From assembly GCA_964016885.1 (NCBI GenBank), contig OZ024743.1:60388001-60452000 (forward strand): a DNA stretch of 64,000 nucleotides. The letters run 5' to 3'. Below the pieces are notes generated by a model. That model saw only the letters and a program-made list of their open reading frames with translations, had not been told where the DNA came from and searched no databases. This stretch comes from Eledone cirrhosa (lineage: Eukaryota). How positions within the stretch are numbered: position 1 is the first letter of the stretch; every line of letters begins with the position of its first letter. A program made the position numbers and the translations under genes. This document shows positions 39,325-51,417 of the stretch, one piece after another.

Positions 39325-39326
<2 letters not shown>

Positions 39327-39990
39327 GTGTATACAGTGTATTTTGCAATACACTTTATGCTTAATTAAAAGCATTTTGAAGACCGTATGCTATTGTTTTA
39401 GAGTAGTCACAGACTCACTTACTTTAATTTCAGCAAACAGGGGGAGATAAAGCTGACAAGGCCTTGTTTCTGCATTTATTGATGCTTATCAAAGCCAAGT
39501 ACTCCTCCTGTCTGCTGAAATTACGGATGTTATTTTCTTATACAATTCTAGTAAATAATCAGGAACTGATTATACAGAGCGGTTGCCGGTCAAGGAGAAA
39601 TTAAAAATTAGAATTGGTGCTCTGAAATAGCCATATATATATGAATGTATATATAGTGTATTTTGCAATACACTTTATGCTTAATTAAAAGCATTTTAAA
39701 GACCGTATGCTATTGTTTTAGAGTAGTGACAGACTCACTTACTTTAATTTCAGCAAATAAGGGGATTATTTACTAGAATTCTATAAGAAAATAACATCCA
39801 TAATTTCAGCAGACAGGAGGAGTACTTGGCTTTGATAAGCATCAATAAATGCTGAAATTAAAGTAAGTGAGTCTGTCACTACTCTAAAACGGTCTTCAAA
39901 ATGCTTTTAATTAAGCATAAAGTGTATTGCAAAATACACTATATATACATTCATATTTATATGGCTATTTCAGAGCACCAATTCTAATAT
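39325..39990. repeat. Mosaic of direct and inverted copies of one ~300-bp unit
   Basis: 39330-39440 is repeated at 39650-39760. 39765-39990 consists of reshuffled reverse-complement segments of 39330-39650. Confidence 0.8.
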
Positions 39991-40041
39991 ACATATATAT
40001 ATATATATACATACATTCGTCAAAAGAGTGTAACGAAAATC

Positions 40042-40080
40042 TTTTTGAAAAGACTGTAAACGCAGCTGAAACTGGTAAAA
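40042..40080 (+). ncRNA. Degenerate HHR motif, U3-A8 variant
   Basis: ttt-TTGAAAA-gactgtaaacgcagct-GAAA-ctg-GTA-aaa. Confidence 0.4.
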
Positions 40081-40647
40081 TTAACAGAAATATATAAATA
40101 ATCATAAAATTACTTACCACATTAGGATAATATAGAAACCCTCTAAATAACCAAAAGATCAGTCATTACATTTTCAAACCCTATTTTCCCTACAACACGT
40201 GATTTGTAAAGGAATCCCTAACGTTTTAATTTGTTCACTACACAGACACACTCACACATATTATTATCATCACCGACTTCACGTCAATATTCAATGCGTG
40301 CATGGGATAAACGGGTCCCGCACATTATGAAACAAGTCTGGCCAGTTGGCTGTGCCGTATCTTTCTGAGATGGAACTGTAGTTTGGCTGTGCTTTTTACA
40401 GCTGGCTGCCTTCCTAACACTAACCACATGTATTGATATATATATATATATATATATGTAGATAAATCTACCAAGAGTTTACGGTAGTGTCCAATCCGTA
40501 TGAAGAACTCAATGTATTCCGGATATCATGGAAAGAAGAGATGTAATGAAAATCCACTTTCGGTGAAAGATAAACGGTATACAGAGTCAAGATAAAATAT
40601 TAAACAAATAATGAACAAACAATTCCTTATATTAAACAAAAAAAGTT

Positions 40648-40798
40648 CACTATTTAACGATCGTTTCTAGGGCATATATGTGTTATAATTGGTATGCATA
40701 TTTAACAGATCTATGTACAAAATTATACAAAATTATACAAATTATCAAGATTAAATATACATACCTAACTCATATATACGCCGTCTTCAGAAATAATG
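40648..40798 (-). ncRNA. Type-I HHR with ~115-nt stem II (left-arm pLTR)
   Basis: Reverse complement of 51151-51301. Confidence 0.72.
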
Positions 40799-41549
40799 AA
40801 GTATATTTATTGATAATAACAACAATTCAAAATATCAGTTCAAAATTGACCAATGAAAACACAAAGGGTTAAAAGCAGTTTGGTGTGTGTATATACATGT
40901 AAAAACCTTACACATATTTTACAATAATGTGTGTATAATTTGTATGTGCATACTAAAAAGATGGATGTAAACACAAAATTTCAAGGTTAATATCTCTGTA
41001 AGCTTAATGCGCTGATAAGATACGCAATGATACTTATGGAGTCAAGCATATAAATATATTTTTTTCATACTCACACATATCAGTATAATCACACATACAT
41101 GTGCGTATATGCATAAATATACACCTAACCACGAACATACAAATACACACACTCCCCCACTCACATTTATATATGTGGATATAAAATCATAAGCAAATAG
41201 AAATTAAGTCACTCACATAAAAACACTGGTACACACATTTCAAGATCAAGATACAGAAATTAGGTGGGAGGGGGGGAGGGGTCAGTATTAGATTGTCAGA
41301 CCAGACAGCCTAATATAAATGTATCTATAAATTAAGAAAAATAAAAAAATAAAAATATAATATAATGTATATACACATACAGATATACATATACATACAT
41401 ACATGTACGCGCACATAGAGATATCTACACATACATACATACACACATACCTATACTGTCATACACACACATACATTTACACGAACATACACATACACAT
41501 ATAAAAAGATATAAATACACACACATTCACGCGCAACACATACACACAT

Positions 41550-41590
<41 letters not shown>

Positions 41591-41944
41591 TATACACACA
41601 CACATAGACTCATATATATATATATACATATACATATATATATATACAAACATATATATCACCACACTCATACCACCATAAATACACATACAAACACCCA
41701 CATGTATATATATATATACATATATACACATATCCACATACACACACGTACACATATATATATATATATACACATATATACACATACATATATATATATA
41801 CACACACATAAAAAACAGACATGCACACATATATATATATATATATATATATTTCATTACTCTTATATATACACATAGTATATATACATACACAACCTCA
41901 CTTATACACATATACACATAATTTATATTACAATAATAATAAAG

Positions 41945-41991
<47 letters not shown>

Positions 41992-42113
41992 TATACATAT
42001 ACATACATATATACACATAACATACATACACATACATACATACACCTAAATATATACATACATAAAAACACACATACGAATAAAGACATATATTCACACA
42101 TAGACACCCATAT

Positions 42114-42145
<32 letters not shown>

Positions 42146-43943
42146 CTATATATATACACATACATATAAATATATATATATACATACATATATACACATA
42201 CACACACACACACACACACAGACATACATACACACTCACATATATATATATATATATGTGTATGTGAGTGTGCGCAAATACATATATATATATACACACA
42301 CACATACAAACACACACAAACACATACATATGCATACGTGCACACACACACACATATATCACATAGATACGAAGATAAACATATAAATAGAGAGACATAC
42401 AAATATATACAGAACCCATATACACATACATACAAACACGCATATACATATACATACATATATACACATATATATATTCCTATATATAAGCATACACATA
42501 CATACACATATATACATATACATACACATATACATACCACACATTCACATACACATACATATATAATACATATATATATATATATATACACATACATATG
42601 TATGTACAATCATATATACACACTCAATCTTACATTCATATTTACATGTTCATATATGTATTTTTATATTTAGAAATAAATACCAAAACCTATATAGACA
42701 CCCACCTACACATATATTCATACATATGCGCTTACAAAAACAGATGATAATAGTATGGGGGAAAGGGGGGGTTTGGAGAAGGGGATCAAAGTAAATATAT
42801 GTTTCAAGAAACATATAATATTTTCCGTATCTTAATTCAATGTATGTTCTTACATATTTTCAGTGCTAGGAAATACGAAATCTATGCATCCCAAAATAAA
42901 AAAGTATACCATTAATCATATGTTAACTAAACCAAAGATAGTCAACATATTGATTTCCAAGGTGTAAATTAGTTAGGTTTATAATATTTGAAGCAGAATT
43001 ATGAAGTCAAACAGTAGTAGGTTTTTAATTACATTATAACTAAATTAAAGTTAATAACGTTATGGTATCAATATTAGGAGATGAATTTAGTAATAGGGAA
43101 AAGAAACCCAAATAAAAATAAAATAGAGTATTACATCGGTAGTAGCATATAAATTATATGTTAACTAAATTAAAAATTATATATTTATTTCAATAGTATA
43201 CGTTAATTAGTATATGTTAATTAGGTATACAATACATAAAGCAGATATTGTATTTCATCAATAGCATAATATAATTATATGCAAATAAAAATCAAAATTA
43301 ATACGCATACATATACATATACATACACATACACATATATATACATATACACACATATATATATATATATATACATATATATACACATACATACATATAT
43401 AGTCACATAAATATACATACAGATACACATACAATACACACATATACATATACATATAGATATACATATCTTTTTCAAAAAATTGCACAGAATATATTAA
43501 CTAGGTATATATCCAAAACACATCCCATTCTATGATTACATGACATTCTGCAATTCGTCTGTACAAGGATACTAATTTTAAGCAAATTAAAATTAAAGTT
43601 TTAGGTTGATTAAAAGTAAAACCAAATAATAAATATATTTCCAAAATGTATATTAATTAGGTCTATAATACTAAAAATTCTTTCTCCGTCATAGGATACA
43701 TGATATTATTTTGTTATATTTTATCTGTAAAAGAATTATAATAAAAAAAAAATTATAATAAAAGGTTAAAATAAAATTAAAATTAATCTATAAATTAAAT
43801 TACTGAGTATATATTAGTAATATTTAAAGGTTTTTCAAAATTTATGATTACATAATATTTTCTCATCTGTAATAAAATATTAATTAAATTAAATTTATAG
43901 GTTAACTAACATTTAAATTAAATTAAATTCTAGAATAATGTTA

Positions 43944-45974
43944 TTAATTAGGTTTATAATATTTAAATGTTTTTTTTAGTTTATGATTACACGATATAAT
44001 TAATTCCTGTCTTTTATTTAATAAGATATCCCTAGACTTCATTATTTCAAATAGTTCTTGGGAACATAATCTACATTCCTTTCTATTATTTTGATAAGGG
44101 GTGGCTCTTTTGAGCACACTCCAGGTCAAATCATATTTTATATTTTTATTTTTATAACTATTGATTTTTTCTGCTAGAGATGTTGTATTAGCCAGTGCGG
44201 CATTTTTAAAGCTATGTTTGTGGGTATTATACCTTGTCTTAAAATTGTTAGAGGTAGCTCCTATATATGAGCAAATAGAATCTTTAGTTTTAACATTACA
44301 TTTATAGACTATGTTGTTAACAAGACAATTCCCTTTTAATGGGCAGTTTGTTTTGTTTCTACAGTTACATCCTTTCGTTAATTCTGTATTTGAGGAGATA
44401 TTATTGTTAATTTGATGTACTGGTGGTATACTTATGGTTTTCTTACATTTATATGCATTATATGCACTTATATTTTGTTTTATGTTATTTGTTGTAGAGT
44501 ATGAGAATTTAACTGTAGACCTATTTAAGATTTGATGGTATTTGTGGTTTGGCGGGAAGTTTTTCTCAAGGATATAAAAAAATTTTTTAGCAATATTATC
44601 CTTAACTTGTAAATTAAAAGGAGCATTATACCAAGTAACTCGTCTATTACGGTTTCTATGTTGTTTATTATTTTTATTATTTTTATATGTTGTATCATGA
44701 TTTTTACTAGGAGGATTAATGTTAATGATCTCACCACAACTATTTTTAGTTATATTTGTAGATTTAGGTGTTTTATCTTTTTTATTAGGAGTTTTATTAT
44801 TAATATTTATTATAGTCGTATGATGAGTAGTTTTTTGAGGGTTACTATACTTTATATTAGAAGATTTAGTATTTTGGGGTATACTGTGGGTGGCATTTAG
44901 GTGTGTACTTTTCATTTGGTGTTTGTTGGTAATATTACGCTGTATGCTTTCAGTATTTTTAGTAGAAGGTATATACTCTAATCTATTTTTGTGGCCACTT
45001 CTATCTAGAGCTTCATTATAAAAGGTCGCATTTTTATCAAATACATCTTGGTTAGAAGAAAGGTTAGAAATTCTAAGTGATATATTATATGCAAGGTTTT
45101 TAAGGATAGATTTAGGGTGATTAGATTGTGAGTGTATGTAATGTAAGTTTTGGTTAGGTTTATGGTAAGGTTGGTATATACCCGTAGCTAAATCTAAAGT
45201 TATATCTAGGAAATTTACTACTTTACTTGTTTTTTCAAAAGTAATATTAAGATTATAATAGTCTTTAAGGAAAGTTCTAATATGCTTTTTGTTTTTTTCG
45301 ATTTCTGAAAGGCTAAGGTTGTTAGAAAGAAGAAGACAGTCATCACGATATAAACCACCTTTGAGGTGGGGAAAAGAGGCATTTATGTTGAAAAGGAGAA
45401 AGAGGCCCACAAGATCAGTAATTTGGGCGGAATCGCTTGAACCCATAGTAATATCAAAAAGATTACTGTAAGTGTTTCTGGTCCAGTATTCATTCTGAAA
45501 TTCAATAAGTGTTTGTCTAGCATGTGTAATAATGTTAATGTCATCCGAAGTTAAATTAGATCTATTTTTAGCAAATATTAATGCTTTGTTTAGGAGTATG
45601 GGTGATATAGAAGAATAGTAATTATCTATATCAAATTGTAGGAAAGAAGCAGAAGATTTACACCTAATATTTTTAAACCAATTAATTACCTGGGAGGTGT
45701 TTTCCCAGAGTGGTAAAATAACATATTTTCTTATTTGTGGGATGACTCTATCTAAAATTTTTTTGCTAATTATTCCAATATCTGATTTGGAGGGACATAT
45801 AAGTCTAATAGAAGGATTAGAGTTAAAGTTAGATTTGTGATCTTTCAGGTTGAAGTGTGGACTTTTCAATGCCAAAGGTTCAGTTCTATCTTCAATATTT
45901 AGTTTTTTTACTATGTTGTGTGTTTTGTTGTTGATGTTGGTGAGTGACACATTATTAGATTTTTTATAATTTTT
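43944..45974 (-). CDS. PLE RT + GIY-YIG endonuclease ORF (Naiad-like), 5'-truncated at the palindrome centre
   Basis: LKDHK..NP..RLI.PSKS.IG, QFDIDNYYSSI, FDITMGSSDSAQITDLVG, GLYRDD, NFLDITL, CNCRNKTNCPLKGNC, IVYKC...YIGATSNNFKTRYNTH, CRLC...ELIISCNH. No ATG start: the frame stays open to the centre. Confidence 0.92.
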   Translation of the reverse strand, partial: KNYKKSNNVSLTNINNKTHNIVKKLNIEDRTEPLALKSPHFNLKDHKSNFNSNPSIRLICPSKSDIGIISKKILDRVIPQIRKYVILPLWENTSQVINWFKNIRCKSSASFLQFDIDNYYSSISPILLNKALIFAKNRSNLTSDDINIITHARQTLIEFQNEYWTRNTYSNLFDITMGSSDSAQITDLVGLFLLFNINASFPHLKGGLYRDDCLLLSNNLSLSEIEKNKKHIRTFLKDYYNLNITFEKTSKVVNFLDITLDLATGIYQPYHKPNQNLHYIHSQSNHPKSILKNLAYNISLRISNLSSNQDVFDKNATFYNEALDRSGHKNRLEYIPSTKNTESIQRNITNKHQMKSTHLNATHSIPQNTKSSNIKYSNPQKTTHHTTIININNKTPNKKDKTPKSTNITKNSCGEIININPPSKNHDTTYKNNKNNKQHRNRNRRVTWYNAPFNLQVKDNIAKKFFYILEKNFPPNHKYHQILNRSTVKFSYSTTNNIKQNISAYNAYKCKKTISIPPVHQINNNISSNTELTKGCNCRNKTNCPLKGNCLVNNIVYKCNVKTKDSICSYIGATSNNFKTRYNTHKHSFKNAALANTTSLAEKINSYKNKNIKYDLTWSVLKRATPYQNNRKECRLCSQELFEIMKSRDILLNKRQELIISCNHKLKKTFKYYKPN

Positions 45975-45975
45975 A

Positions 45976-48006
45976 AAAAATTATAAAAAATCTAATAATG
46001 TGTCACTCACCAACATCAACAACAAAACACACAACATAGTAAAAAAACTAAATATTGAAGATAGAACTGAACCTTTGGCATTGAAAAGTCCACACTTCAA
46101 CCTGAAAGATCACAAATCTAACTTTAACTCTAATCCTTCTATTAGACTTATATGTCCCTCCAAATCAGATATTGGAATAATTAGCAAAAAAATTTTAGAT
46201 AGAGTCATCCCACAAATAAGAAAATATGTTATTTTACCACTCTGGGAAAACACCTCCCAGGTAATTAATTGGTTTAAAAATATTAGGTGTAAATCTTCTG
46301 CTTCTTTCCTACAATTTGATATAGATAATTACTATTCTTCTATATCACCCATACTCCTAAACAAAGCATTAATATTTGCTAAAAATAGATCTAATTTAAC
46401 TTCGGATGACATTAACATTATTACACATGCTAGACAAACACTTATTGAATTTCAGAATGAATACTGGACCAGAAACACTTACAGTAATCTTTTTGATATT
46501 ACTATGGGTTCAAGCGATTCCGCCCAAATTACTGATCTTGTGGGCCTCTTTCTCCTTTTCAACATAAATGCCTCTTTTCCCCACCTCAAAGGTGGTTTAT
46601 ATCGTGATGACTGTCTTCTTCTTTCTAACAACCTTAGCCTTTCAGAAATCGAAAAAAACAAAAAGCATATTAGAACTTTCCTTAAAGACTATTATAATCT
46701 TAATATTACTTTTGAAAAAACAAGTAAAGTAGTAAATTTCCTAGATATAACTTTAGATTTAGCTACGGGTATATACCAACCTTACCATAAACCTAACCAA
46801 AACTTACATTACATACACTCACAATCTAATCACCCTAAATCTATCCTTAAAAACCTTGCATATAATATATCACTTAGAATTTCTAACCTTTCTTCTAACC
46901 AAGATGTATTTGATAAAAATGCGACCTTTTATAATGAAGCTCTAGATAGAAGTGGCCACAAAAATAGATTAGAGTATATACCTTCTACTAAAAATACTGA
47001 AAGCATACAGCGTAATATTACCAACAAACACCAAATGAAAAGTACACACCTAAATGCCACCCACAGTATACCCCAAAATACTAAATCTTCTAATATAAAG
47101 TATAGTAACCCTCAAAAAACTACTCATCATACGACTATAATAAATATTAATAATAAAACTCCTAATAAAAAAGATAAAACAGCTAAATCTACAAATATAA
47201 CTAAAAATAGTTGTGGTGAGATCATTAACATTAATCCTCCTAGTAAAAATCATGATACAACATATAAAAATAATAAAAATAATAAACAACATAGAAACCG
47301 TAATAGACGAGTTACTTGGTATAATGCTCCTTTTAATTTACAAGTTAAGGATAATATTGCTAAAAAATTTTTTTATATCCTTGAGAAAAACTTCCCGCCA
47401 AACCACAAATACCATCAAATCTTAAATAGGTCTACAGTTAAATTCTCATACTCTACAACAAATAACATAAAACAAAATATAAGTGCATATAATGCATATA
47501 AATGTAAGAAAACCATAAGTATACCACCAGTACATCAAATTAACAATAATATCTCCTCAAATACAGAATTAACGAAAGGATGTAACTGTAGAAACAAAAC
47601 AAACTGCCCATTAAAAGGGAATTGTCTTGTTAACAACATAGTCTATAAATGTAATGTTAAAACTAAAGATTCTATTTGCTCATATATAGGAGCTACCTCT
47701 AACAATTTTAAGACAAGGTATAATACCCACAAACATAGCTTTAAAAATGCCGCACTGGCTAATACAACATCTCTAGCAGAAAAAATCAATAGTTATAAAA
47801 ATAAAAATATAAAATATGATTTGACCTGGAGTGTGCTCAAAAGAGCCACCCCTTATCAAAATAATAGAAAGGAATGTAGATTATGTTCCCAAGAACTATT
47901 TGAAATAATGAAGTCTAGGGATATCTTATTAAATAAAAGACAGGAATTAATTATATCGTGTAATCATAAACTAAAAAAAACATTTAAATATTATAAACCT
48001 AATTAA
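45976..48006 (+). CDS. PLE RT + GIY-YIG endonuclease ORF (Naiad-like), 5'-truncated at the palindrome centre
   Basis: Same protein as the minus copy except P>A (C/G at 44768/47182). The ORF-track start at 46000 is a GTG, and upstream KNYKKSNN is in frame. Confidence 0.92.
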   Translation, partial: KNYKKSNNVSLTNINNKTHNIVKKLNIEDRTEPLALKSPHFNLKDHKSNFNSNPSIRLICPSKSDIGIISKKILDRVIPQIRKYVILPLWENTSQVINWFKNIRCKSSASFLQFDIDNYYSSISPILLNKALIFAKNRSNLTSDDINIITHARQTLIEFQNEYWTRNTYSNLFDITMGSSDSAQITDLVGLFLLFNINASFPHLKGGLYRDDCLLLSNNLSLSEIEKNKKHIRTFLKDYYNLNITFEKTSKVVNFLDITLDLATGIYQPYHKPNQNLHYIHSQSNHPKSILKNLAYNISLRISNLSSNQDVFDKNATFYNEALDRSGHKNRLEYIPSTKNTESIQRNITNKHQMKSTHLNATHSIPQNTKSSNIKYSNPQKTTHHTTIININNKTPNKKDKTAKSTNITKNSCGEIININPPSKNHDTTYKNNKNNKQHRNRNRRVTWYNAPFNLQVKDNIAKKFFYILEKNFPPNHKYHQILNRSTVKFSYSTTNNIKQNISAYNAYKCKKTISIPPVHQINNNISSNTELTKGCNCRNKTNCPLKGNCLVNNIVYKCNVKTKDSICSYIGATSNNFKTRYNTHKHSFKNAALANTTSLAEKINSYKNKNIKYDLTWSVLKRATPYQNNRKECRLCSQELFEIMKSRDILLNKRQELIISCNHKLKKTFKYYKPN

Positions 48007-49954
48007 TAACATTATTCTAGAATTTAATTTAATTTAAATGTTAGTTAACCTATAAATTTAATTTAATTAATATTTTATTACAGATGAGAAAATATTATGT
48101 AATCATAAATTTTGAAAAACCTTTAAATATTACTAATATATACTCAGTAATTTAATTTATAGATTAATTTTAATTTTATTTTAACCTTTTATTATAATTT
48201 TTTTTATTATAATTCTTTTACAGATAAAATATAACAAAATAATATCATGTATCCTATGACGGAGAAAGAATTTTTAGTATTATAGACCTAATTAATATAC
48301 ATTTTGGAAATATATTTATTATTTGGTTTTACTTTTAATCAACCTAAAACTTTAATTTTAATTTGCTTAAAATTAGTATCCTTGTACAGACGAATTGCAG
48401 AATGTCATGTAATCATAGAATGGGATGTGTTTTGGATATATACCTAGTTAATATATTCTGTGCAATTTTTTGAAAAAGATATGTATATCTATATGTATAT
48501 GTATATGTGTGTATTGTATGTGTATCTGTATGTATATTTATGTGACTATATATGTATGTATGTGTATATATATGTATATATATATATATATATGTGTGTA
48601 TATGTATATATATGTGTATGTGTATGTATATGTATATGTATGCGTATTAATTTTGATTTTTATTTGCATATAATTATATTATGCTATTGATGAAATACAA
48701 TATCTGCTTTATGTATTGTATACCTAATTAACATATACTAATTAACGTATACTATTGAAATAAATATATAATTTTTAATTTAGTTAACATATAATTTATA
48801 TGCTACTACCGATGTAATACTCTATTTTATTTTTATTTGGGTTTCTTTTCCCTATTACTAAATTCATCTCCTAATATTGATACCATAACGTTATTAACTT
48901 TAATTTAGTTATAATGTAATTAAAAACCTACTACTGTTTGACTTCATAATTCTGCTTCAAATATTATAAACCTAACTAATTTACACCTTGGAAATCAATA
49001 TGTTGACTATCTTTGGTTTAGTTAACATATGATTAATGGTATACTTTTTTATTTTGGGATGCATAGATTTCGTATTTCCTAGCACTGAAAATATGTAAGA
49101 ACATACATTGAATTAAGATACGGAAAATATTATATGTTTCTTGAAACATATATTTACTTTGATCCCCTTCTCCAAACCCCCCCTTTCCCCCATACTATTA
49201 TCATCTGTTTTTGTAAGCGCATATGTATGAATATATGTGTAGGTGGGTGTCTATATAGGTTTTGGTATTTATTTCTAAATATAAAAATACATATATGAAC
49301 ATGTAAATATGAATGTAAGATTGAGTGTGTATATATGATTGTACATACATATGTATGTGTATATATATATATATATATGTATTATATATGTATGTGTATG
49401 TGAATGTGTGGTATGTATATGTGTATGTATATGTATATATGTGTATGTATGTGTATGCTTATATATAGGAATATATATATGTGTATATATGTATGTATAT
49501 GTATATGCGTGTTTGTATGTATGTGTATATGGGTTCTGTATATATTTGTATGTCTCTCTATTTATATGTTTATCTTCGTATCTATGTGATATATGTGTGT
49601 GTGTGTGCACGTATGCATATGTATGTGTTTGTGTGTGTTTGTATGTGTGTGTGTATATATATATATGTATTTGCGCACACTCACATACACATATATATAT
49701 ATATATATGTGAGTGTGTATGTATGTCTGTGTGTGTGTGTGTGTGTGTATGTGTATATATGTATGTATATATATATATTTATATGTATGTGTATATATAT
49801 AGATATATATATATATATATATATATATGTGTATATGGGTGTCTATGTGTGAATATATGTCTTTATTCGTATGTGTGTTTTTATGTATGTATATATTTAG
49901 GTGTATGTATGTATGTGTATGTATGTTATGTGTATATATGTATGTATATGTATA

Positions 49955-49999
<45 letters not shown>

Positions 50000-50353
50000 C
50001 TTTATTATTATTGTAATATAAATTATGTGTATATGTGTATAAGTGAGGTTGTGTATGTATATATACTATGTGTATATATAAGAGTAATGAAATATATATA
50101 TATATATATATATATGTGTGCATGTCTGTTTTTTATGTGTGTGTATATATATATATGTATGTGTATATATGTGTATATATATATATATATGTGTACGTGT
50201 GTGTATGTGGATATGTGTATATATGTATATATATATATACATGTGGGTGTTTGTATGTGTATTTATGGTGGTATGAGTGTGGTGATATATATGTTTGTAT
50301 ATATATATATGTATATGTATATATATATATATGAGTCTATGTGTGTGTGTATA

Positions 50354-50394
<41 letters not shown>

Positions 50395-51150
50395 ATGTGT
50401 GTATGTGTTGCGCGTGAATGTGTGTGTATTTATATCTTTTTATATGTGTATGTGTATGTTCGTGTAAATGTATGTGTGTGTATGACAGTATAGGTATGTG
50501 TGTATGTATGTATGTGTAGATATCTCTATGTGCGCGTACATGTATGTATGTATATGTATATCTGTATGTGTATATACATTATATTATATTTTTATTTTTT
50601 TATTTTTCTTAATTTATAGATACATTTATATTAGGCTGTCTGGTCTGACAATCTAATACTGACCCCTCCCCCCCCCCCCTCCCACCTAATTTCTGTATCT
50701 TGATCTTGAAATGTGTGTACCAGTGTTTTTATGTGAGTGACTTAATTTCTATTTGCTTATGATTTTATATCCACATATATAAATGTGAGTGGGGGAGTGT
50801 GTGTATTTGTATGTTCGTGGTTAGGTGTATATTTATGCATATACGCACATGTATGTGTGATTATACTGATATGTGTGAGTATGAAAAAAATATATTTATA
50901 TGCTTGACTCCATAAGTATCATTGCGTATCTTATCAGCGCATTAAGCTTACAGAGATATTAACCTTGAAATTTTGTGTTTACATCCATCTTTTTAGTATG
51001 CACATACAAATTATACACACATTATTGTAAAATATGTGTAAGGTTTTTACATGTATATACACACACCAAACTGCTTTTAACCCTTTGTGTTTTCATTGGT
51101 CAATTTTGAACTGATATTTTGAATTGTTGTTATTATCAATAAATATACTT

Positions 51151-51301
51151 CATTATTTCTGAAGACGGCGTATATATGAGTTAGGTATGTATATTTAATC
51201 TTGATAATTTGTATAATTTTGTATAATTTTGTACATAGATCTGTTAAATATGCATACCAATTATAACACATATATGCCCTAGAAACGATCGTTAAATAGT
51301 G
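51151..51301 (+). ncRNA. Type-I HHR with ~115-nt stem II (right-arm pLTR)
   Basis: cattattt-CTGAAGA-cggcgtatatatg..ggtatgtatatttaa...ttaaatatgcatacc..catatatgcccta-GAAA-cgatc-GTT-aaatagtg. 8-bp stem I, palindromic aacgatcgtt stem III, same sense as the ORF. Confidence 0.75.
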
Positions 51302-51348
51302 AACTTTTTTTGTTTAATATAAGGAATTGTTTGTTCATTATTTGTTTA

Positions 51349-51417
<69 letters not shown>

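Larger units (their letters stand above)
40458..51357. mobile_element. Head-to-head palindromic Penelope-like element insertion bounded by (TA)n tracts
   Basis: Arms 40592-45974 and 45976-51357 are reverse complements. The left copy has ~135 bp of extra 3' tail. (TA)n tracts lie at ~40436-40457 and 51355-51415. Confidence 0.92.

Noticed and set aside
41477-43488. Many YI/CV/HT-rich ORFs here and at 4.5-5.2, 15.1, 18, 30-31, 48.4-50.5, 55.6 and 63.2 kb
   Set aside because: Translations of (TA)n/(TG)n/(CA)n microsatellites, which lack stop codons. Not genes.
46000-46002. ORF-track start 'M' of the 668-aa proteins
   Set aside because: It is a GTG inside a frame that is open to the palindrome centre. 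The ORF is 5'-truncated, not complete.
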